From the NCBI GenBank assembly GCA_003290465.1, contig CP030759.1, positions 2,180,572 through 2,244,571 on the forward strand: 64,000 nucleotides of DNA, given 5' to 3'. How positions within the stretch are numbered: the first letter of the stretch is position 1; every line of letters starts with the position of its first letter. Below are positions 57,299-64,000 of the stretch, piece after piece. The notes beneath the pieces were generated by a model. That model worked only from the letters and a program-made list of their open reading frames with translations, was not told the origin of the DNA and ran no database searches. The position numbers and the translations under genes were made by a program. Origin of the DNA: Candidatus Sumerlaea chitinivorans. GTDB lineage: Bacteria; Sumerlaeota; Sumerlaeia; Sumerlaeales; Sumerlaeaceae.

Positions 57299-59200
57299 TC
57301 AATTTTCGGCCGAGTGGAGCCCACCGGCGCCGGCAAGGAATCGAATGTTGCCCAGCTCCGGGTTTTCAGGATCCGATTGCGCGCAATTCCATAGGCACGC
57401 CCCGCAATGCACGCACTTCTCGCGGTCGAACGCTGGGGGGCCGCCCTCTTCGCCCGGCATGATCGCTTGCCCCGAGCACATTTCAATGCAAACGCGCGTG
57501 CGGCATTGCTCGCAGAGATTTCGGCGCAGGAACATCACGTGGTCGCGGTAACCGGGCGGCGCCTGCACCTTTCCCCCGATGAGCAGGGCATCCTGATGAG
57601 AGACCAGCAACTTCCCATCGAATGGGATGGGTGGCCAGCCGACGCGGTCCATGAGCGCGTCGTGAAGCGGCTTGCCCTCAGCCGCACATCGCGCACGGAT
57701 CTCCTCGAGTTCGGGCGGCGAGATTTTTCCACGGTAGTACTCTTCCAGTGAAGGAATCCGTTTCGCGGGCGGGCGGTGACGCCCCGGCATGTTCAGCAAG
57801 CCTTTCGTCAGACCCGTCAGTCCCATGCCAATGAGCCCGGCCACGAATCCGCGGGTGAAGCCATCTCGGCTTTTCTCTGCGATGCGGGCTTCGCGCTCAA
57901 GCCAGCTTGCCCGCCGACGCCGAACGTAGGCGCGCTCCAGATTCTCGCGCGTGAAGGGACGATTTTGCCGCAGGAGATCCAGAACCGCCTCGGCAAGCAA
58001 CTCGCCCGTCAGCCACGCCTCGTCCACGCCACTGCCCGTGAGCACGTTCGTGCTGCCCGACCCCTCACCGATACGCGCATAGCCATCGCCGACCAGATAT
58101 GGCTCGCCGCGCCGGCCACTCTCGAAAAGCGTCTTAGCCCCGAAGCTTCGAAGCGAGCCACCTTGTACGTGTTTCCACAGAGCCGGATGCATCAGCCAGT
58201 GCTGGAGGTAGCGGTACGCCGTCCGCGCAGGGTGATCGAGCCACGACGGCACAAAAATCCCCGCGCTGGCAACGCCACCTTCGTACACGTAGAGGAAGCC
58301 AAAGATCTCAGGCTCAGGATAACCAAACGTGTGGATGACCGTTCCTGGCTGAAGCGCGCACGCAGGCGGCAAGTCAATGACCACCTTCATCCCCACCGCC
58401 CATTCCGTGCGTGAGTGGCCCTCGGGCAGGCCAAAGTGCTCATCCAGAGCGCGTCCGACCGGCCCCACGGGCCCATCACCGATCACGGTAAGCGCCGCCC
58501 GAATCTCCATTCCTGGCATGTAATTCGCATCCGGATTCCCCGCGCGATCGGTCCCCTGATCCACAAGCTGCACGCCCACGACGCGGTTGTCCTCCACGAT
58601 CGGCTTCTCCACGGGCGTAGCCGGCCAGATCTGCACGTTACCGCGCCCCATGATTTGCGAACCGACCCACTGATTGAACTGCCCGATCGCCAATAGCAGC
58701 CCGTCGTGTTTGCGCAGGAAGGGAGGAATCCAAGGAAGCCGAAGCGCATCGTCCCGCAGAAGCCCGAAACCCCGCGTCGCCCGAATCAGGCGGTCCGCAA
58801 TCCGCAAGGTTCGCGAGCGGCGACTTGCGCCAATTGGATCCAGCAGGTAGTACACTTCCTCATGGCGCACCGGCGTCGCAAAGGGCACTTCTTTCGTCAG
58901 GTCCGTGTTCGGAAAAGCGGCGCGAATCGCCCGCGCGCGCGTCACCACTCCCGAGACGCCAAAGCCGATATCGTCGGCCCGCTCGTAGCAGATTACCTGC
59001 AGCGGCATGCCGGGCACGGCTCGGCTTTCAAAACGCGGCGCACCATGCTCGTCCGTCAGCTCCCGATCCAAGCGCGTGAGAAAGCCCGCCGTCGCAGGGC
59101 CAAACCCCACGCACACGATGTCCACGTCCATGCGCATGCGCTCAACGGGGGCAACTGCAACCTCTCCAACACTTTCCATCTTGCTGTTCTCCTTGCTCAA
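57299..59200 (-). CDS. Electron-transfer flavoprotein:quinone oxidoreductase (ETF-QO/FixC-like) with C-terminal 4Fe-4S ferredoxin domain
   Basis: FAD motif VCVGFGPATAG. The C-terminal CEQCRTRVC...CVHCGACLWNC segment fits an ETF-QO-type FeS domain. Confidence 0.75.
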   Translation of the reverse strand: MSKENSKMESVGEVAVAPVERMRMDVDIVCVGFGPATAGFLTRLDRELTDEHGAPRFESRAVPGMPLQVICYERADDIGFGVSGVVTRARAIRAAFPNTDLTKEVPFATPVRHEEVYYLLDPIGASRRSRTLRIADRLIRATRGFGLLRDDALRLPWIPPFLRKHDGLLLAIGQFNQWVGSQIMGRGNVQIWPATPVEKPIVEDNRVVGVQLVDQGTDRAGNPDANYMPGMEIRAALTVIGDGPVGPVGRALDEHFGLPEGHSRTEWAVGMKVVIDLPPACALQPGTVIHTFGYPEPEIFGFLYVYEGGVASAGIFVPSWLDHPARTAYRYLQHWLMHPALWKHVQGGSLRSFGAKTLFESGRRGEPYLVGDGYARIGEGSGSTNVLTGSGVDEAWLTGELLAEAVLDLLRQNRPFTRENLERAYVRRRRASWLEREARIAEKSRDGFTRGFVAGLIGMGLTGLTKGLLNMPGRHRPPAKRIPSLEEYYRGKISPPELEEIRARCAAEGKPLHDALMDRVGWPPIPFDGKLLVSHQDALLIGGKVQAPPGYRDHVMFLRRNLCEQCRTRVCIEMCSGQAIMPGEEGGPPAFDREKCVHCGACLWNCAQSDPENPELGNIRFLAGAGGLHSAEN

Positions 59201-59217
59201 CGATGTCGCAATCCGCT

Positions 59218-61470
59218 TTATGCCGGATAGTCGAGAGCTTCGGGAATCATGACCTGCGTCACTGCCTCAGCGGCCCGTTCCTTGGCAAGGCGGCACCCCG
59301 TGAGACACCCATCGAGCTTGATGCGCATGCGTTCAAATTGCTCCAGCCCGTCGAAGCGCACGCAGGGCCCCGCTTTGCACGGACGCACCGCCTCATCCAA
59401 AATTGCGTGCTCTTCCTCAGCCCCGCTTTCCAAGCCGGGGATCACACCCTCGAGGTCCTCGAGTTCCGCCTCGTGGTAGCAGCCGCACTCGATGTTTTCA
59501 TCGTCCCACGCAGGATGGCGGTTGTAGCCATGCACAAGCTCGGCACAGATGCGCGCACATTCGCCTGCAGCGCGTGCTGCCTGAACGTGGCACAGATCCG
59601 TGAAGAAGTTCACGTAGCCGGCAAGTCCCTCGGCCAAGGTCGGGCACTCCGGCCCCTTGGCTTCGAGCTCGAGCACGTCAAGGATTTGCTGGCGCGAGGC
59701 CAGCAGCCACGCCAAGGCGTCCGCAAGCGGGAAGGTCACTCCCTGACGCGCGCTCTGATACAAAACGTTGCCATTCGCATCGCGCGCCTGCGTCAGGTGC
59801 TGCAATGTCCACAGCCACATCGTCATCGCTGTCGCCAGCGTGCACGCACCCGTTCCGGGCCGACGCGCCGCAATTTCACGCATCTGGCGAGTCCACAGCT
59901 TGAACAGTGCAAGGAACACCGGCGAGGTCATCGTCACGGACAGTTGCCGCCGCTGGACCGCTTCCGGTCCCTCGTAGGTCGCCTCCAACTGGGCATCCAT
60001 CCACTTCTGGCCAAGGAAACCCGGGCAATCCTCAGTGATGCCGTAACCACCCATTAGGCTCACGGCATCGCGCATGGCATTGGCGCCAAACCCACACCAC
60101 AATTTGGAAGCTGGGCACAGGACGTTTGTCTCGGCGTCGAGCAACACGTATTGCACGAGCGGGTCATTCTTGAGCTCTTCGTAGCGCGCCGCATTGCGCT
60201 TTTCTGCCGGCAAAGCTTCCATTTCGATGAGTTCCAGCGCCTTCTTCTCGACCTCGCGCAAGGCTTTCATCTCCGCGCGTCCGCCGCGAATCCCGCGCGC
60301 CGCAAGCAGTTCGTTCTTTTGGCGCTCGAGTGGATCAAAAACGTCAAAAGCCCGCGCAGCCGCAAAGCCCAAACTGGTGGCCGCCTCGCCCATCGCCCAC
60401 ACGTCCACGAGGCGATGCACCGCGTCCTCCTTACCCTGCAGACCCAAATCATAGCGGGGTGAGCCGGGGCCAACATTGCCGCCGCGGAAGCGCTGCCGCT
60501 GGTACCGGATAATCGGCTCCACCGCCGACAGTAGCTTGGCCGCCGTCATCACCGCCACCGTCACACGCGTGCGCCGAAATACCGCTTCAATGATCTCGCT
60601 GTGATTGTAGCGCGGCACAATCACGCCATCCTTGATGTCGTATCCACCGATGATGCGGCTTGCCGGCACCTGCACGCTAATCACGGGATCGTTCGTGGAC
60701 GACAGTTGATGCACGAGCTTCTTGGTGGGCGTACCGCGGTCAAAAATGCCGGGGTCGGTTTCCTCGATGATCACCATACAGGAGGACTTGATCCGCGGGT
60801 CTGCCGTCTCCACCGCCGCCGTCACATAATTTGCGTAGCCCATATTCGTGATAAAGCGGCCGCGTTTTTCCACCTGAAGGATCGGCTCTTGGCCTTCTTC
60901 CCACTTTGCAATGCTGACGCGACCCGCCAACACCCCTGTGTCCACTCCGACAAACGGGATTGGCTCCGTGAGAGCGAAGGCCCCGCGCATGGGCTTGCGA
61001 TCCTCGCCGGGTTGCGCCGGCGCCATCGCACGCTGATAGTGGGCGTTTTGCTCAGGCGTTCCGCGCTCGTGGATGGGCGCCAAAGCCAGATTGCTGGCGA
61101 GGCTGCAGGTTGCTGCGCCCGCGTCCACCCACGCGAGCTCGAAAGCGATGAGCGCTGTGGCTAAGTTCTTTGGCCCTTCGATGAACCCTCCGTACTCCGG
61201 CTCGAGGAACGCAGCGGTAATGCCAGACTCGTCAAAGTGCCGCAAGAGTTCCTCTTTTTCGCGCGTCCAATCATGGGTGTTGCGCCCACCGGCCGCCACA
61301 AGGCGCGCTACTGGCCCACGCGCAACGGCGCGGGTGGATTGCACGAGCATTTGCAAGTCATAGCGGTCGGCAAAGCGCCACATGATTTGGCGCACATCGT
61401 CGCCCGGCAGGGTGCGAAGCGTCTCTCGCGTCTGTTTCTCAGGTTGCTCAACAGGTTGCGTCATGGCCAA
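59218..61470 (-). CDS. Large (750 aa) acyl-CoA dehydrogenase family protein
   Basis: ACAD-like N-terminal and middle domains (ALTEP region). It is 17 bp upstream of ETF-QO, so they are probably co-transcribed. Confidence 0.55.
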   Translation of the reverse strand: MAMTQPVEQPEKQTRETLRTLPGDDVRQIMWRFADRYDLQMLVQSTRAVARGPVARLVAAGGRNTHDWTREKEELLRHFDESGITAAFLEPEYGGFIEGPKNLATALIAFELAWVDAGAATCSLASNLALAPIHERGTPEQNAHYQRAMAPAQPGEDRKPMRGAFALTEPIPFVGVDTGVLAGRVSIAKWEEGQEPILQVEKRGRFITNMGYANYVTAAVETADPRIKSSCMVIIEETDPGIFDRGTPTKKLVHQLSSTNDPVISVQVPASRIIGGYDIKDGVIVPRYNHSEIIEAVFRRTRVTVAVMTAAKLLSAVEPIIRYQRQRFRGGNVGPGSPRYDLGLQGKEDAVHRLVDVWAMGEAATSLGFAAARAFDVFDPLERQKNELLAARGIRGGRAEMKALREVEKKALELIEMEALPAEKRNAARYEELKNDPLVQYVLLDAETNVLCPASKLWCGFGANAMRDAVSLMGGYGITEDCPGFLGQKWMDAQLEATYEGPEAVQRRQLSVTMTSPVFLALFKLWTRQMREIAARRPGTGACTLATAMTMWLWTLQHLTQARDANGNVLYQSARQGVTFPLADALAWLLASRQQILDVLELEAKGPECPTLAEGLAGYVNFFTDLCHVQAARAAGECARICAELVHGYNRHPAWDDENIECGCYHEAELEDLEGVIPGLESGAEEEHAILDEAVRPCKAGPCVRFDGLEQFERMRIKLDGCLTGCRLAKERAAEAVTQVMIPEALDYPA

Positions 61471-61771
61471 ACGTCCTTCAGCAGAAAATTGCGGAGGGGA
61501 GGCGCAATGAGCCTACCTCCTCAAGCATTGCTTCTGAGTTCCGTCGGCCAAAAAAAACAGGTGTCAATGCTGAACAAAATCGGACCAGAACCGGCCAAAT
61601 CCCGACCGTTGGAGGCTTGGGACGTTCAGAGCAAATGGACTCGGGGTGCTGCGAATCGCCTTTCGTGCGCTACCGCCAAAGGCCACGCTCCCGTGCTGAC
61701 TTACCAAGTGGGAAGCATCACTCAGGCGGGACTGCGCTGCAGGCGAGCCATGTCCCCCACTGAGGCTCGGA

Positions 61772-62365
61772 CTATTTTCGGCTTCCCGGCTTTACGACAG
61801 GCTCCCCTTTTGCGCACAGCGGGCACTCGTGCGGAGGCCACGTGATCGCTTCTGTCCTCAGGTAGGCAGCCACGGGTTCGGGGGGAGCGAAGCGCCCACC
61901 CGAGCGATCCACAATGACCGCGTAGCCCACGACGTCGGCGCCGGCGGCGCGGGCCAGCTCAGCCACCTCCAGCACACTGCCGCCGGTGGTAATCACGTTT
62001 TCAGCGATAAGCACGCGCTCCCCCTCTTCGAGCCGGAAGCCCCGCCGAAGTTCGAAACGGCCCTCCGGACGCTCCGCAAAGATGTTCCGCACGCCAAGCT
62101 GGCGCGCGAGCTCATAGCCAATGAGGATGCCGCCCAACGCGGGGCTCAGGACCGTGTGCGCTCCCCACACGCGAACCGCCTCCGCCATCGCCTCAGCAAT
62201 TTGCTCACCCACACGCGGCAGCTCCAGCAACCGCGCGCACTGGAAATACTCAGGGCTGTGGAGTCCCGAGCTCAGGAGAAAATGGCCCGACATCAAGGCG
62301 CCGCACTCACGCAACAAGCGCAGCGCTTTCTCCACTGGCACGACTTCTATGCGTTTTCGGTTCAC
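61772..62365 (-). CDS. pyrE: Orotate phosphoribosyltransferase
   Basis: PRPP-binding motif VLIAENVITTGGS and overall PyrE length (197 aa). Confidence 0.88.
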   Translation of the reverse strand: MNRKRIEVVPVEKALRLLRECGALMSGHFLLSSGLHSPEYFQCARLLELPRVGEQIAEAMAEAVRVWGAHTVLSPALGGILIGYELARQLGVRNIFAERPEGRFELRRGFRLEEGERVLIAENVITTGGSVLEVAELARAAGADVVGYAVIVDRSGGRFAPPEPVAAYLRTEAITWPPHECPLCAKGEPVVKPGSRK

Positions 62366-62446
62366 GCTTTCCTTCCTATAATTGCCAAAATGGCTGAGGG
62401 CGCCGCAACCGCTGACACATGCGACTCCCAGTTGGTTCGCCGCACC

Positions 62447-63859
62447 CTAAAAGTGGATCACCCGTCCCTCGGCCGCGAGGGCCGCCTCTTTCACGGCCTC
62501 GGGTAGTGTCGGATGCGCGTGGCACGTGCGAGCAAGATCCTCTGCCGTGCCGCCGAACTCCATCGCCACGACAGCCTCCGCGATGAGATCGGAAGCGCGC
62601 GGCCCAAAGATGTGCACACCCAATAAGCGTCCTCGCGGACCTGCAATCACCTTCACAAAGCCGTCGCGCTCGCCCATCGCCTTCGCCCGGCCGTTTGCCG
62701 CGAAGGGGAACTTTCCCACCCGCACTTCGTCGCCATAGCGCTCGCGCGCCTGTTCTTCGGTCAAGCCGACGTATGCCGCCTCGGGCCACGTGTACACAAC
62801 GCCCGGGATCGCATCATAGTTCACATGTCCACCCTGCCCAGCCAAAATCTCGGCCCACGCGACGCCCTCTTCTTCGGCCTTGTGCGCCAACATCGGTCCG
62901 GCAATGAGGTCTCCAATCGCATAAATGCCCGGGGCGGTCGTGCGGTAGTGGTCGTCCACCTTCACTCGACGCCGTTCATCGAGCTCGACGCCGGCAGCCT
63001 CCAGCCCCAACCCGTCGGTGTACGGACGCCGCCCTACGGACACCAGTACCTTCGAGCACGCGATGCTTTCGCGTGTGCCATCCGATTTCTCGATCTCGAC
63101 CACCGCGCCGCCCTCCACCGCGCTTGCGCTGAGAACTTTCGCGCCCATCTCGAAACGAAAACCGAGTCGCTGCAGGGAGCGAAAGAGCGCATCGCCGACT
63201 TCGCGATCCATCATCGGGACGATCTGTGGCAGCATCTCCACCACTGTCACCTTGGCCCCCAAGCGCCGCCACACGCTGCCCAGCTCAAGGCCAATGAAGC
63301 CGGCGCCGACCACCACGAGGTGCTCAGGAACTTCCTCAAAGCTCAATGCCTCGGTTGAGCTCACAATCACCGAGCCGTCAAATGGCGCCGTCGGGATCTC
63401 GATCGGCACGCTGCCGGTCGCCAGCAGAATGGCCTTCGCCGCGGTCAGCTCTTGCTCGCTGCCATCCGTGGAACGAACTCCCACGCGCATCCCGCCTAAC
63501 AGCCGCCCCACGCCACGCACCACCGTGACGCCATTCTTCTTCATCAGGCCGGCAATTCCGCGCGTGAGCTCCTCGACGACTTTGGCCTTGCGCGCCATCA
63601 TGGTGGGCAAATTGAGCCGGACCTCCCCCACTTCGATGCCGTGACTCTTCAGCGATTCCTTCGCATGCCAGAACCACTCGCTTGAATCGAGAAGCGCCTT
63701 GCTCGGGATGCAGCCCACGTTCAGACACGTGCCGCCGAGGGTCGTCTCTTTCTCGATCAATGCCACGCGGAATCCAAGTTGGGCTGCGCGAATTGCAGCC
63801 ACGTAACCGCCCGGGCCCGCACCGATAACAATGACGTCGAAGGGGGTTGTCTCGCTCAT
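62447..63859 (-). CDS. lpd: Dihydrolipoyl dehydrogenase
   Basis: GAGPGG FAD motif, redox disulfide GGTCLNVGCIPSK, and the C-terminal HAHPTLPE motif. Confidence 0.93.
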   Translation of the reverse strand: MSETTPFDVIVIGAGPGGYVAAIRAAQLGFRVALIEKETTLGGTCLNVGCIPSKALLDSSEWFWHAKESLKSHGIEVGEVRLNLPTMMARKAKVVEELTRGIAGLMKKNGVTVVRGVGRLLGGMRVGVRSTDGSEQELTAAKAILLATGSVPIEIPTAPFDGSVIVSSTEALSFEEVPEHLVVVGAGFIGLELGSVWRRLGAKVTVVEMLPQIVPMMDREVGDALFRSLQRLGFRFEMGAKVLSASAVEGGAVVEIEKSDGTRESIACSKVLVSVGRRPYTDGLGLEAAGVELDERRRVKVDDHYRTTAPGIYAIGDLIAGPMLAHKAEEEGVAWAEILAGQGGHVNYDAIPGVVYTWPEAAYVGLTEEQARERYGDEVRVGKFPFAANGRAKAMGERDGFVKVIAGPRGRLLGVHIFGPRASDLIAEAVVAMEFGGTAEDLARTCHAHPTLPEAVKEAALAAEGRVIHF

Positions 63860-64000
63860 AGTCGCCTCATCCGAAAAAACATCAAAATCCTTCTTTGGTT
63901 ACTCAGTTTCTCTTGAACACGGAAAGTCAGAGCCCAGCCCCGTGGCAAGAAAACTCTTCATTTGGAATCGGGTGAACTTTCCATGGGGATTTTTGAATGG

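Noticed and set aside
61471-61771. 300-bp gap downstream of pyrE as a possible tRNA or sRNA locus
   Set aside because: I could not find a T-loop/acceptor pattern or a convincing terminator hairpin. It is left unannotated.
1-64000. CRISPR arrays, rRNA, tRNA, IS elements
   Set aside because: I found no short regularly spaced direct repeats, no transposase-like ORF and no rRNA/tRNA-like conserved stretches in any intergenic region.

Overview
This is a high-GC (~62%) bacterial chromosomal window with small, gene-dense intergenic regions. I found no rRNA, tRNA, CRISPR array, IS element or integrase by eye. The left edge carries a NuoE/NuoF/NuoG-like (HoxEFU/HndCD-type) diaphorase operon that runs off the window; it is preceded by a ~600 bp AT-richer non-coding region containing a perfect 9-bp inverted repeat. 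About 60% of the remaining coding sequence is cell-envelope and glycan biosynthesis. This includes five GT-C-fold membrane glycosyltransferase-like proteins, three of them fused to TPR arrays. It also includes two GT2 and one GT4 enzyme, a CE4 deacetylase, UDP-glucuronate decarboxylase, a nucleotide-sugar dehydrogenase, MurE, two tandem dipeptide epimerases, and a GH46-like peptidoglycan-binding hydrolase followed by a small membrane protein. Housekeeping genes are interspersed (gpmA, trxB, fba, pyrE, lpd, dCMP deaminase, ETF-QO with a large acyl-CoA dehydrogenase, SurA-like PPIase). Signalling genes are an orphan histidine kinase, a PAS-GGDEF-EAL protein, and a zinc-finger anti-sigma factor with no adjacent sigma factor. 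Four loci are the most worth a second look. (1) A stand-alone phage terminase large-subunit-like gene sits in housekeeping context with no other phage genes. (2) A four-gene, overlap-coupled operon encodes a GtrB-like GT2, a 553-aa unknown, an MprF-type flippase-like membrane protein and a GT-C enzyme, with a second convergent GT-C; together they form a three-component periplasmic glycosylation route that replaces GtrA with a different flippase family. (3) Two CRP-type palindromes (TGTG-N8-CACA geometry) lie in divergent promoters of envelope and c-di-GMP genes. (4) A 466-aa protein of unrecognisable fold is divergently coupled to that operon. All calls are by eye from the supplied translations. 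No database search was run.
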